Source of the DNA: Ramazzottius varieornatus
Taxonomy: Eukaryota > Animalia > Tardigrada
Assembly (NCBI GenBank): GCA_001949185.1
Contig: BDGG01000004.1
Location: forward strand, 2,133,620-2,197,619
DNA length: 64,000 nucleotides
Direction of reading: 5' to 3'
Made by a program: the position numbers and the translations under genes
Notes under the pieces: generated by a model
Database searches by the model: none
The model's input: only the letters and a program-made list of their open reading frames with translations
What the model was told of the DNA's origin: nothing
In this document: positions 38,537-53,044 of the stretch, in pieces
How the letters are laid out: each line of letters begins with the position of its first letter
Position numbering within the stretch: the first letter of the stretch is position 1

Positions 38537-41500
38537 TCATTCGAGCTCCTGGAGGAAATGTGGGGACTTGAAGAAATCTGGAATGACGTCGTCCATTCGG
38601 TTGATGATCTTGTAGATGGACTTCTTCCATGAAGGCTCCAGGTCCTTGTGCGCTTGGAGAGCCTTGAAGAACTCTTTCAACGTCTGTTCCACCACATCGG
38701 GAAACGAATCAGGCACCTACATAATCAATTCAATCAACTGTAACACGTTCCAGACTGGACAAGGAAGTGCAGTGCAACCGCAGTCTTACGTCGATGTGGT
38801 TGTTGCGGTTGTAATGCAAGTTCAATGTGCGGTACAACTCGGAGTCCTTGGACACTTGGATGTCGTCGGCGCTCTGTATGCCATCCGCCAGGGCTTGCTT
38901 TGCGAACTTCTCCATCTGAATGTAGTAAAACTCCCTGTAATGATAGAGCACGATGAGACTTATCTTTCGTAAAGTAAAACACATTTCATGGTGAACTGTG
39001 TTGAATAAGTCAGTATTTTTATGTACCGGAAGTTGGAGAACCATTTGACCAGTTGGGCGGTGTTATTTTTGTTGAACTTCACATCGGGGAAGAATGTCTT
39101 TAAAGTGGTTGAATTGGGGTAGCGTGTGTAGAAGAACATGAGCTTTGCCTTGCGCAGATGCATGGGCGTCAACGTCGAGGACGAAGAGAAGTTGAGGGAG
39201 TCCGCTGTAAAACATTAATTTGTTCAGTTAGATTCAACTGGAATAGAGCAGCAAGATATGCTATTGTTCAACTTTGACCGCGTCTTTTACCATGACAGAA
39301 GGGCGGAAGGGAAAGTAAGAAGGAAGAGTGAAATATTAACGGCTACTCGCTCCGTAAATCCCCTGCTCCATCAATCTCTCGCATGCTTCTTGAGACCAGC
39401 AGGAGCAGATGATCTTTATCATGGAATAATAATGGCAGTTTCAAAAGTTGCCTTCACTCCGCAATCTGCTCTCCCTAAGTATGCAACACAGAGATCGGGA
39501 CAGGCAAGGAGCGGCAGATGTTTGCCAGGTCATTGCAGCACGCCAGTCGCGTGCCTTCTTTTATACCCAAGCGCTCATGCGGTTTACACTTAAGATTCTC
39601 TTTCTCCTTTTTCCTCCCCCTCCAGAATATCTGCAGGGAATATCTCTGGTATTTATCTTCTCTTCCTTCTATAATTTTATGACTATGGAAGCTTGGCGGC
39701 CTTTGGTCAAGTCTGACGAGGTCAACCAACACGTTTCAATGGGCTGTAACAATAGCCTACCATTCCCCTCCTTCTCACCTAATTTCGACCAGCTAGACAT
39801 TTCCCTGATTTCTGAGCCAGCAGTAGATTACAGATGGTCTCTGCAGCAGTGGAAAAAATCTCCGCAAAAAAAGCTTCGAAATATTTGAGTATGGGTAGCC
39901 GGAAGTTTCTGCTAACCGGAAGTTTCTGTATATTCGAACTTACATCGCGTAAACTGCATGCCGGGGCGCTGGCCTCCCGTCATCGTGTCGGAAGCTGATT
40001 CGACATCGCTTCCATCCATGGAATTCTGGTCATTTTCTTGGTCGGCTGGACTACCTGCGCTTCCCCCGTACATACTTGCCGTTTCTCGACGGTCCACCGT
40101 CCCGCGGTTGTAGAAGGGGGAAGTGAAACCCATGCGAGCGTGTTCGGCCACCGAAGCGTGGAATGGCGAGAAGTCGGAATGGTTGAGGCCTTGCAACGAC
40201 TCGTAAGAGCGTGCCAGGAAAGAATTGGCCACCCCGCCAAAGTTCATTAGACCGTTCATGGGACTGTGAGACGGCGTTGAGTACTTCCGCTCTTGAGGCT
40301 CCTCTTTCCCTCCGGCTGACTTGCTGACCACTCGTGGCGTCACACGAGTATCCGTAACCTTATGGCGCTTTCTCTTTTGCTGAACCAGCAACGGGAGGGC
40401 TTCAGTCTGTTCTCCCGCTGGGAAACCTGGCCGAAAGAAGTGCTGGAAGTGTGGACCACCTATCGAAAACATATCAGATCAAAGGACATCAAGCAAGGAA
40501 AATGTGCAGAAATATTAAACAGAAACCAATATAAACACATTATTAAAATCTGAAAAACAGTTTTCTTACTTAACTCAATTTTGTTTTACAAGAGTACACA
40601 ACTTTTTGTTTAAGAAAATTTTTGAGTATTCTTAACTAAACTGGCACGTACCTGGATACATGGTGGGCGGTGGCGCTCCAGCCATGGCTGCAGCCATGAA
40701 CTGCGGTGGCATGGTGAAGAGCTCGTTGGTCAGCTTATTCTCGTTGCCGTAAAACGGCGACCCAGGAAAGTTCATAAACATGTTACCGAAGGCTTTTCGT
40801 GGAGGGTCTGCGCTCTGGTTCACCTGCTGCCGAGCTAGCTTCTCTCCATCCTTTTCAGCATTCCGGCTTGGGACCTCCTTCGCTCGTTCCATCGGAGGAG
40901 GCGGCGTAGCTTCTGGGCCATTGGGTGTAGGTGCTTGTGATCGTGCTAGGGATCTCTGCTCGTTATTGTTGTTGTGACTTTGCATGCTCTGGGCGCTCTG
41001 CTCGGCGTTAGAAGCCGCATGCAAATATTTACTAACGACCGACGTAACAATGGGACTTATTTTCTCGTGTATCTCTGTGGATATCAATGCAGCTAGACGC
41101 AGTGTATTGGCCGGGATGTTTCGGTGTGTAACTTCATTCAAGACTGCCACAGCGGGCTCCTGATCCACCTCGTCCAACTTCCGCTTCTGACCATTAGTCA
41201 GCCGCTCTTTCATAACGTCAATCTGCTCTTGCATCATACTTAACTGCCGACGGAGCAGTTCACCCTCGTTGGGCAGAGGGCGTTGGCTGCCATCGACCTG
41301 CTTGGGGAACACTTGTTTCCGCTTGGAGACCTTCTGGCTACACGAGGACGGCTCGGAGTTCTCCGAGGATGTTCCGTTTGAAGGCACGCGGATCGTTGAC
41401 ACTATACTTTCGACTCGACTGCGCTTGTCGTTCTGAACAGTCGGTATTTTACCTAGGCAAAAGAATCCTACCTTGAACCTCGCGCGTCTCACCAAAAACT

Positions 41501-42294
41501 CGAATAAAGTAAAATAAAATGAGAGGTAGTTTGACGACACGTAAAAGATCGCCTTCCACAGTGGCGCATGTTTTCACTGCTGTACACCGCAGCGTGCGTC
41601 ACTTAAGGGACGATCTTGTACGTCCCTTTTTCCAGCCTCTCGAATGATAATTTGTTCAGCATGGCAATCCTTTTAACAACCATATTAAAACTTGAATCGA
41701 TAAAATATTTTCCTCACAAATAAAATTTGTGAGGGCCTCCGCGAAATCTCTCTTACCTGTAGCGCTCTCTTCATCTTGGTAGTTCTCCGCAACGTCATTC
41801 CTGCTGGCACTGTCACTCTCATCGTCGAAGATGGAAGGAGATACGCTGGTATGGCCGTCCTTGTCGAGTCCTTCCGTCTCGTCGCTGTTTGATGCATCAT
41901 CGGATTTTTTGCCCTGTAGAATTTCTCTCAACAGCCGCGTGTTTGCAGGCTGTTGCGGTTGACTGTCACCGGTCACGGCCTTGGTGGAAAGATCGGCTGG
42001 TTCGTTGTTGTTGTTGCTGTTGCTGTTGTTGACACTTTCCCCACCAAAGAATTCCTTGGCTGGAGCTACGCCACCTTTTCTTATCGCGCTCTGATAGCGG
42101 ATATTGACATTTCCATTGAAGAGCGGAAAGGCATTCTTCTCGTCGTTGTCTTCGTCGTTGCTCAACGGAGGGTCCATGCGCATCTCGTACGGGTATATGC
42201 TACCGCGAGGATAGTCTGGGAAACTCTTGGCGAAGGGAGAGACGACGCTCGTCTGATTGGGCAGTGATGCGGGGAAGTAAGCTGGGGAATCCAT
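38537..42294 (-). CDS. pros: Homeobox protein prospero / Prox
   Basis: Homeo-prospero domain [22 protein letters not shown]...[28 protein letters not shown]...LNLHYNRNN...[11 protein letters not shown], plus upstream [10 protein letters not shown] and [19 protein letters not shown] motifs. The start Met is inferred. Confidence 0.97.
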
Positions 42295-42528
42295 AACGTC
42301 TTGAGAGAGAGAGATCGACGTCTCGATCGTGTGGTAACGCTTCAGCGAGGTTCGATCGTCAAACCAGCGTTGACTGTCACCAGACGCCAGTATTCAATGT
42401 CTCAAGCCGCCCTCAAGCTTTGGTTGCGGAAACAACGACGCTCAAGACGGAAACCGGTTCCCGCCTGTTCGCGCCCGAACTTTAGCAGCCGTCGAAAGGT
42501 CACATCTGCATAATTCCTCCGCATCAAT

Positions 42529-45500
42529 CTACAAAGAAACACAACATACAGGTTTATCCAGCTAAAACCAAGAATGTTCAAGTCTCAAGAAATTCTTCCG
42601 TTTTTTAACAGAATACCATAGATAAGAACCGAAAAATATCAATATTTCGGTACACGTTTTTGGGCATAAGAAGCCAGACCCAGTAGCGAAATATTCTAAT
42701 CAACGATACGAGGTAATCCAGTGCTCATACTATAAGAAAAAGTCCAAGTGTGCTGGCGAAATACAATGGAAGAAAACGCCCAGTTGAATATGAATGCATG
42801 TCACAACCGCGTAACAGTTCAAGCGAAGAAAAGTATTGGGCAACAGAAAATCAACGGCGCGGCATATCGAAAAGAGCAGGAAGGGTATTTATGACGGCAA
42901 AGTCAAAGACAAGCAACGGATGACTTTGGGCTGTCAAGCAGACATTTTTCGTCACGGTGAATTTGCCGATTTTTGAAAGTACAGATAGCAGCTCGGAGAA
43001 ACGTTTGGCTTGCACGACTGTAATAAGCGAGTATACACTCTCATGCACAATATAATATTCTACTGGGCGATTAGGGTTGAGAAAGCGATGCACCAGTTGG
43101 TATATTACGCTTTGCTAGTCCTTAAGTTTAAGGAAAGAAGGATCGTATAGAAGAAGGAAACAACCAATCCTTGCCTTTGATGTACGGCCGTAAACGGTGG
43201 AAGGACGAAAAGACGCTGTGTATGATGCAAAACATCTGCACCTCCCTCTTTTCTTCATCCTCCTTTTTAATGAGTTTGGTTGGAATATTAGAGCGAGCAG
43301 TAACCCCAACATGTTTCTTCCCTACCGTTTCTCTCTTCTTGATCTGCCAACCATGGACGACTTTGATCGAATCCTCAAGCCTTATTATTAATGCAGACGG
43401 TACTTTAAAATTAAACGACTCCATCATCCATACGATCACCAGCGCTCAAAGTATACTCCATACCCATATTACAGATGGAAAATACCAGATAGGGAACGCC
43501 AGGAAGTAGCTGCCACCTGGATATTAGGCGAATATACAAGCTCTATATGAACCGGGGCAAATGGACTGAACTAGGTCGCTTTCGCAGGTGGCGCACGCTA
43601 TCGGCCAGCAACAACAAGAATGTGCGCCACTTGAAAGAACGAACTGGTTTAAATCCTATACCCAGCCACCATACTGAGAAAATGACAGGGAGAAAAGAAT
43701 GAACACCATAAGCCAGCTTTCATTCAGCTTCGATATGCCTTTGTTCAGGAAGCTTACCAAATTCAAAAACAGTAGAAATCACTTCGAAAATTCAACACGA
43801 AATACTGCGAAATTGCAGTGACGTCATTCGAAGACCCACTGCAGAGCAAGTCCATCCAGGCCTCGAACTAAAGACGATGGAAGCAATGTCCTTTAATCTG
43901 AAGCTGCCGACCCGGAAAAAGTCCTAACCTAATTGGCAACATCAACATAGGGTGGGTTCCTTAGCCTTGCGAGTACTGCATGTGGCCTCTATATTGACCT
44001 TTGAACACCATATCGCGATCCGCAATTCGCGAATGCTTTGCATTTCTTGAGACTGCACCCTGTGTTTGAGCTATGTTCCATCAACCTGGAAACGGACGCC
44101 AAATTTCTAGAGTTGACTAACCTCATTATCAATGTCCTATCTTTTTGCGGAAACAAAATGCAACATCACGTTAATTAGGTCAAGATATGACTTTCCCAAT
44201 AGATAACCGCTACATACGGTACGCCTTTCTATATGCCTTCTCGAAATGAAATTACCCTATAGGCTCAAGAAAAACTTTCTAATCTGTACATAATAGCATC
44301 AATGGTTGCCGACAAATTTATTCGAAACTTCGAACAGCGGTCCTCGAACCGATGTTCGAAGTAAGCAACAGATGTAAGGAACCAAGTCTAATATGGAGAT
44401 AGCTACTCGAAAGGTTGCCGAGTACTTGCCTTGGAGGGAAACTCGAAAGGATGGTCCGACCGCAGTGGAACGTGTTGTTGGTTCGAACAAGGTGAAGAAG
44501 AGCACCACGACGAGCAACGATGAAGCAATAACAGCAGAAATCACGTATGCACAGAAGAGCGGAAGGGAGTTGTTGGCTATTCCGCACGTAACGTGCCAAG
44601 AAGTGAAAGCTAAGAAGTGAAGCGCGATATTCCGCCGTACGAGCTCGATTTCTAAGCCTTTCTTGATGGACAGCCAAACAAATGTGGCCCCATTTCTAAA
44701 CAACGAGATCACACGATGGTGAAGGCAAACAATGACTACTTTCGATAAGGAACAGCCCAGCCACTCGTATTACATGCTGCAAAGACTCATAAAGCATGCG
44801 TGAGAGCGATCGTAACCACCGTTAAGTTATCCACCGTTAAGAAGGGACCGTATGACATCCAAACAACGCACGGCATCGTTCCATTAGACAGCAGGTGTTG
44901 CGATAAACGTACGCGATGACGAACTGGACCAAGGTCCACACACCCTCACTTCCTCCGGTGTGCTCCGCTGCAGACTTCGCTGTTTATCAAGTCCTCCCTG
45001 AGAACCTAACGCTCAACAGACCGCAGTTTCTCTGTTTGATCAAAGGTTGACATAAAGGTAAGACGGAATAAGTTACGAGTTCGCAGGGTGATTTAAATGT
45101 TAGCTCAAGGACCTTAAGTTTGAACAAAGAATTCACAGAGGGTTTGTGATAAAACAAAGAGTGCTGCTTTGGCAGAGAGCTCAGAGAGAAAGAGTTCTAA
45201 ACTTTATGGCGAGCTTTGCATGGGAGACGTTAGATAGGCACTTCCTCTTGATTGACATAAACTGTACTGACGCAGGTGCGGTCTCGTAGCTCCTACTTGC
45301 AGTCTTAGACTCTTTACTACGCGGCGAACCCAACGTAACAGATTCAACGTTGCGCTGAAGAATGCAACTGGTCATAAAACTTCGATGCTCGATCAAGTCA
45401 TGCAGGACGTTTAACTGCCTGACGAACCTCCGTTATGAAACGCAAGGAAGAAATGGGGCCGCCTTGGCTATCACGGCTTTGGTCGTAAACTTGCTACGCT

Positions 45501-48500
45501 TCGACAGTGAAAACCCGACCAGCGCATTGTACAGGAGCAACAAACGTTTAAGTTAGAGGGGAGAATCTTTCGGGTCTTTCGCTAAAGATTCGGGTCACTA
45601 CCGTCCATCTAGAAGTGGAATAAGGCGGCTTTGAAATCGGGAAACTGTCAGAGAACCCGCAGCGTAATCCACAAGACTTGTTTCTTGCGGTTTACAGCAA
45701 GGCTGAATATTTTCAAACCGCGCCATATGCGTAAACATCCTTTTATCCAGAAGGATACTGCCTGGAAGAAAGGGAAAGGCAAGCAAGCAGTGGGGCGTAC
45801 AGGAGGAAAGCCGATGGCTTGTGTCAACTTTGAAGCAATCGTCGTGATCATCTGATCGCTGCAACTCAATCCTGTCAGCGATCACGAGCTGAAGGTTCCT
45901 ACTTAAGCCCTGCGTCAAGACAAGTCCACACATGTCGGCACATAGGGACATTCTCCAATTAGAGTGTGCTTTGCAGGTAAAAGACGGCAAACATGCATTT
46001 GGGTCTGCGGTTAAGTGAGCGTGAAGGAAAACACCAACGCAACGTCGCTCTCTTCCTTCTCCTCCTCCTCCTCCTCCTCCTCCTCCCTCAAAGTTATAGT
46101 ACCTGACAAGACGAGCGATCGATGCTGATGGCTCAGTTTATTTCCCATTCCGCTCCGTCGCCTCTCCTTCCTAGAATAATAATATCACAAACTGTAAGAT
46201 GAGGCACTTTACATATCGATTTCCCTAAGGTAAGAGGTCGAGGAAGGTGCGGCAAGACACAAGGACCGTAAGGGAAGAAAGCCTTCACATCTGTCGACCT
46301 AGCTGCCATATGAGTGCCCGAAGAATGGCGCTTATATTCAAGCGCTCGAGGCAAGCGAAGCTTTTAGCCATAAACCTGATTTAGCTCTTCGTGTCTCTAT
46401 TCTGCCGGCACCAACACGCAATAGTTTCAAATTGACTCTAAAATGCTACTTAATGGAGGGAGATGTGACGGTGATTGCTCTTGTTTGCAAGATCAAAAAT
46501 GAAGAAACGTTGCCGAAACGTTAAAGGGACTTTCCTCAAAGTGGCGCTCGTCGGTAAAGTCTACTCCAACAAGCACTTTACCCGACCCAAACATGTCCGT
46601 TGAATGCATAGGCCTCTTAATCGTGCACTACGGAAAAAGACTTAAAAAGGATGCCACTTTAAGCGATTTCCGCTCATAAGCCACTCTTCTTCATCTCTTT
46701 CTCTCCTACCTCTTAAAACTAGTCCGAACCTGCAAAAGGTGCATCGATTAGTTCGCGACCTATACCGCGGCAAGTCATGTACAAATTACGTAGAACCACT
46801 TTCGCGCACAACACTACGGCTAACTCAGTCCCAGCGCACTGGAACAGGCTTTCCTTGTTTTGGACTTGGGATTTTGCTTTAACAGAAAGGTTTGCTTTAA
46901 CAGATAATTTTCGCCATTTGAGCTTATTATTTCACATGTGAAGTTCGCTATACTGAAACGCCGTAATATATTCATTCCATTCCCTGTCGGTGGCGCCACC
47001 GTCTTAGCGGACTTGTAAGATAACTCTGGCACTCTGTTGGGCTCGCACGGTTATTTCCGTTTGAGATCGTGATATATTCAAGAGGGAAGATCCCAGGAAG
47101 GCCGTCCTCATACAATGGCTCTTGGAGTTTACAATGGTCCGCCAAGGCAATGCCAAAGATCAAGCGGCGTAGCCTGTGTTGGACGGTTATGCGATCCGCC
47201 ATATTTGTTCACTTTAGGCCGCCCGAAGAAGAAAGCCACATCCTACAGAGCCAGCCAGCCCACTCCATACTCAAGACTGTCTTCAATAACGTGATGAAAA
47301 TGTAAAATTAATACCATTTGGATATTCATCTGCTGAAGAAGGTGGCCTTGACAGGTCGTAAGGCAAGGCACAATGAAGGGTTACGACAAAGTCATAATAT
47401 CCATGACGCTCGATTCTGTCATTTCTTCTCTTTCGTAACATCATTTCTATAAAGCATGATGGCTTATCGACTGTCTACTTGAGCTTCCTTGTCAGGCTAT
47501 TCCCTTCCATCAGCCCCAGTTAAAAAGCGATTTTAAGCGCCTCGTTTGTGCGGCAACACGACTTGCACTCAATAAATATGCGCCTTTCTCTGGCCATCTA
47601 AAGACTTTTAAATCAGTCGGAGGCCTTCTGCACTAAGGTCGCTAACGATCAGAAGCACTAAGCGCATCTCTGCATAATTTATCACCTCGCTGGTCGCGTT
47701 TACGACACCAGAGACACAAACATGGTGTTCGAGACAGCTCAAGCATGCAAATAAACTACCGGGCAGTACTTCCTTCTCGACCCAACGTTTGGCCACCCTC
47801 TCATAAAAGTGCGAAGGTGCAAGAAAAGCTCACAAGGATCTTCCGCCGTTGCTGACGGTTGAACTTAAAGACAACAACATAATTTTGTTAAGCGGAAAGT
47901 CGCCCGCTGGAAGTCCCCACATGCATGTCCTGTTTATTAGGCAAAGTGTCGTTGAAGCAACATCGGCAAAACTATCAAAGACTACTCAAGGCGTTCTGGC
48001 ATGCTTGTCTGACACGCAATCACAATGAAATTTCTGTATAAGCGTTACATGCTCAAGATTAAGTAGACCCGTTAACCTAAGAGCACTGTCGGGGGATTGG
48101 CACAAGAAGTACTACTTCAAACCTCCCTGGAGGCCTCCCGCCATCCCAAGAATTGCACATACGTCACGCCATATGTCATTCATTTCATCCCCACCATTCC
48201 CTCATAACCCATAAGGCCAAGACGTTCCGCCTAATTCCTTCTTAATCTATGCCAGCGGAATCACATCAACTGGCAAGAAGGAACACCACGTTGCCCGCTC
48301 CATACCAGCCTAACGAAGACCTTCCGGGGCCCATTGCGAAGAAGGTCTCCATAGGATTTCGGACGTTCAAAGAAAGATCAGCTTGCCAAACTCGCGCCCT
48401 GTGTGAAGCGGGGAAGCGTGGCATCATTTGGAACAGGATACACAAAATCTGTCAGTCTAGCCGAAGCCAGTACAGAAGAGTGTAACCATTGGTTACACTC

Positions 48501-51500
48501 TTCTGATACTAACCATGGCTGACAAGCGGGCAGGAAATCATTTTTGCCGCGCAAATCACGACAAGTTAACACGCACAGGCCTTATCAAAGAACAACCCAA
48601 GATCTCAACGACGTTTTTTTGTCACATACCTAGAGGAAGAGAGGCGGCTTGTGAGTGAGGCGAAGGAGACAGCGGGTGCCGACGAACGTCTTGAGATGTC
48701 TCAAAGACGATCGATGTGGTGACAGGCGTTGGTTGGTCCGCTGGGTCGCTCGATCTGTAAGGAGACAAACTTTAGAGCGTTTCAAGACGGTGAGCGCACA
48801 GAGAAAGAAACGCTACTGGTAAAAGACAGAGCTGTTGTAACAAGCATTGCGGTACTCCGCCGACCGATAAGAGTCACAAGACAGTTTGCTAATGCCACTT
48901 AAACGGCACATCAACGTCGATCACAAGTATTCATAGGCTAGTTCTCAAGCAAGTTTTTTAGTCGTACGTAAAGCGTCACTGCTGGCCCCGCCCAACCGCA
49001 GAAAACGATCGATGAAGTTATTGCATTTCATCTGGAGCGACAAGTGGTGGTCAATGCTTACGCATCGTATCTGTGACTTTCTGACCGCCCATCGGGAACT
49101 CGAAAAGGCATTCAAAAAACCATGCTATGAGTTTGTTCAGAATTAAAATTCAAATCCAACTCGAAACAGGTTTAATCTGCAATTGCTCCCATAGATTCGC
49201 GTGTATACGTATCGAATTCCTCGATCGTACTGGATGGCTTGGTTCGGCAAAGGAACTCAGGAGACGTAAATTCGAAGATAAATTGAAAGGCATGCCGCAC
49301 ATAAGACTCGGTCACAGAAAATGGGTTCTACAAAATGAAAGGCAGGAAATACGCGGCCACATGAATTCAAGCAGTTCTTGCGCCGCATACCATGAAAAAT
49401 GGCACATTTAATTTCGGTATTTTCTCCTGAGGGACCCACCGCGAAAAGAAATCTTGAGTTTTGCGTGACGGCAAACGCTGGTTGCTTTGAAATATGGCTT
49501 AATGAAATTCTTGATTTCCGCCATATGCCGAATGAATAGCATCTTATGTCGTGGGCGACGTCATAAAGGTGAGTCGCCATACACAATAGGTTAGGAAGAA
49601 AACCAACTCACCGGATGTAATCTTTTTTCTAATCACTCTCCTTTGGCCATGCAGCGCCTCCTGGAAATGATAAAAAAGCACTCCAAGTTTCCTCGCACGT
49701 TCGATACTCTCTTACAGTGAACAATTCAAGTGTATACACGTCTAATCAAAATGCGGAGCACACGGAGAGAGCGACAACAATATATTCATGTTTATAACCT
49801 GAGTCATAAAGCAATATCGGCCACATAAGCGATCATGCCTTTCACTGTCTCTAAATAAATGAATAACGTGCGTGGAATTTCCTCCCGGCTTATCATACTA
49901 CAGAGACGACGCACCAGCGGAAAGGGACGAGAAGGAAGTGGATGCGGGAACAGTCAGCTAGCCCCTTTCATGACGTCTTCCTTTGTTCCCTCTGGACGGT
50001 TTGCAGCAGCAGCAGCAGCTTCTCAGCTCTAACTTTACAGTCGCACATGTCCAGACTTCATTGTCAACACCTGCTCTATATCTACTGCATTTCCATTGCT
50101 TGCTTTCCCTCTGTTTCTTCCCCTTTCTCTTCCCGACGATCAGCGCAAGCCTGCAACCAGATCTGCTGGACAGCTCAGCCTGACCTCGACCCCGCTACTT
50201 GAGGTCAGCTAGCTGGCTTAAAATCCACAGAGACGGGAGAAAAATCGTGCTGGATCATGGCAACGAGGAAGCACAAGATGGACGGGTGCCTTTGGCGTCT
50301 GAATGATTTCTAAATTGTCTGGAATATGCTTTGGCCAAAGTGACGTTTACCGCAGTATGCTCTTCCTGTAAAACGGTTTACGGCTTTAATACGCACGGAA
50401 GCGACAAGAAAATACCAAGAAACGATATCCCGAAAAGTGGGCAACTGGGCTTGAACTCATATTCTAAGGATCAATGTCATATCCAATTCGCGACACAAGG
50501 AGGAGGAAGGATGAGGTTCCCATCAATTCGGTCATATGTCTCAATCCATAAAGCCATTCATCATGCTCCATCTTAACTTATTCCTCTCATTGCGTTTATT
50601 TTGAGAGCGAGAAACTTGTCGCCTTCCTCGTTATACGTTATAAATACTGGGTATCGACCCATTGTGCAAGAGACCCCCTACGACTATCCAAGACAAACTC
50701 GATCAAGCATATTATATTTTCATACGCCCAAAAGACATTATTTTTTCAAGCCTTGAGAGGCTCCTTGTGAAAAGGCTGCCATACAGGATCGGTTCTTTGC
50801 AGTCTGGTTGTGGCAATACGTCATCCAACGCGATAGTTCTGCACTAATGAAGCAACAAAGATCAAAAGTGCAACAAACTGATCGTTAATTTAAACTGTCC
50901 TTACTTCCTTCTCAAGAACTTACGGCAAATCTTCTGGTGCAACGAGCAGTTCTCACGGGCTACGCCCCAGATTATAAATACAAACATTTTTCCTTTAGTT
51001 CTCGAAGCATATATGTAGCGGCTACCCATTGCTGTCCTGTGGAAAGATTTGGCTTGTACCACAGAAGGCAACGCCCTCAAAAGGTCTCGGAGTTGAGCTA
51101 GATACGACATATATTTATTAGCCCCACTTGAATGGTGAAGGAAGGATCTTCAAATCATACATCTTGCTATGAAGCCTCCCACAGATATTGACGAGAAGAT
51201 TATAGGTTGAAAGCGGACGCGGCCAGAAGAAAATTTCGTTACGTGGCTCGTAAACCATCCACACGTTGACGTAAGGCATGTCATCATTCATATCGAAGCA
51301 GGAAGAAGCTTCACCTGGAAGGAGTAGCAGACAAAATTTAACGTCAGACGGTGGACCAGGAGCAGATGCAAGCTTTAAATCATGCTCGTCGAGTGACACA
51401 TGAGGAAGGAATCGGTAGACACAGCCAACTACTTTGAGTAACTATTGCGCTTCCCTCGTCTGACTCACTCATCATTGCGGGATACAGATGGGAAATACGA

Positions 51501-52600
51501 CCTCGGAATCAAGTAGGTAGGCGACACACTCGAGCGAGAATATTTCTCTTCTTTCGAAAAATAACAGCAGGTGATAACGACGTACATGTAAACGAAAACA
51601 CCGCGACAAAGTACAGAGAAGATAACTTGTTTCCTGATCGATTTACAGCGAGAAGTAGTTTTTTACGAATAATTTTGGGATGTGCAAGCTCGAAAAAAAT
51701 ATTCATCATCCTTCCTGTCTACCCTTTCATGCTTCATCGGAAGTATGCTTCCACATAAAGCTACGGAGTGACTTAATAAGCAAAGAGAGCAGCTTGCAAT
51801 AAGCGTCAGCTTGCAGGGTGCCAAGTACTTCACTGCAAAGATCATGAGAACGTCTTGAAACAGACATGAGAGCATCATGGAAAACACAAGAAACACTTAA
51901 TCCTTGTCGAAGATTGTGACTTTACAGCACGATCATAAGCACACCTCTTGACCCGTAGGAATAAAAAACCTGTACGATCGCTAGTCGTGCAGTTCCTAGG
52001 CTTATAGCAAGACTTCAGCTGTTAGAACTCAAACCGCCTTCGAAAACGTGCGAATTTCCGGTAAGAGGTACTCCAAGCCCTGCAGCTTTCCTCAACGATC
52101 TCTCCTTCACTTTGAAGCTCTGACAAGCTTATTACGTCTAGCTTTCATCTGCCTCTGCACGAGAAAACAACGATGAACGTCTTCCAGGAGGTCAGGCTTC
52201 TGAGCCGTTAACTGGAACAACAAGAAGGTTGACTGACAGCGCCCTCTGGTGCGACCATTGTTCTCCGTCGAGCCTTGCAAACTTCCCAGGGGAAAAGTGT
52301 TGGGTTGCGAGATGGGGTCGGGCAGGATTGCAGTATCGTTCTGACTTGACGGTCAGCTGAACCCCGGAAGAAACCCCAAAGCTGAATGCTGAAGGACAAA
52401 AGATTTGTTCAGCAATGCTAATGTGATTCGTTGTTGATTCGGACAGGCAATGTTATCTGAGCATTGCCACAAGTAGGATTTGCAGAATGGTCAGAATGTA
52501 TTCCGAGTGAGTTTGCCGTTTGATTCTCGCTTATGGTTGATTGTTACAGCATTCACGCATTTAGTATTGCCTTCACATTCCTGTTCGTGGTTTTAAGCGG
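42529..52600 (-). promoter_or_regulatory. ~10 kb gene-free upstream / 5'UTR-intron region of prospero
   Basis: No credible coding exons; 3' splice site ctttgtag at 42529 upstream of the ATG exon; candidate non-coding exon at 48754-48630 and a donor at 49611. Confidence 0.55.
46059..46086 (+). repeat. (CTC)n microsatellite
   Basis: About nine tandem CTC/TCC units. Confidence 0.9.
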
Positions 52601-53044
52601 CGGAAATTTGATTTGGTAGCCACAAGCCTGTCAACAGTAATAATTTATGAAAATCTGGAAAATACTTCGGACAGAGTGCAGGAGGATCTGAAAAATTAAG
52701 GCTAAAAAATGCAAACAGCACAGGGCCAGAAAAGGCGAGACAAAATTAAGGAGATAACAATTACCAACAACAAAAGCTCCAGAAAAGAAGCGAATAAGAT
52801 TACATAAAAAAAAAACTGGTAATCGGCCACCGAGACCGCAAAGACGGTTCAGATTATTTAAACTGAGGAAACTGCAAAGATAACGAGGAATCTTGATTCA
52901 AGAGCCCAAGTGATAACAGGTTCAAAAGAGGTAAGACATTTCAAACAGAAAAAAAACATATTTGGCTGAATTCCAGCTTGGTTGTTTGGTTCAGTCAGTA
53001 CTGGTTTCCGGTTCAGGATTTCTCAAACTAATTTTTAAAGACCA

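Noticed and set aside
39204-39943. Drosophila-type U12/U2 twintron at the prospero homeodomain N-terminus
   Set aside because: I found only a GT-AG intron; no RTATCCTT donor or TCCTTAAC branch site is visible.
43115-52399. Short ORFs in the prospero upstream region
   Set aside because: No recognisable domains, no consistent exon chain, and sizes expected by chance.
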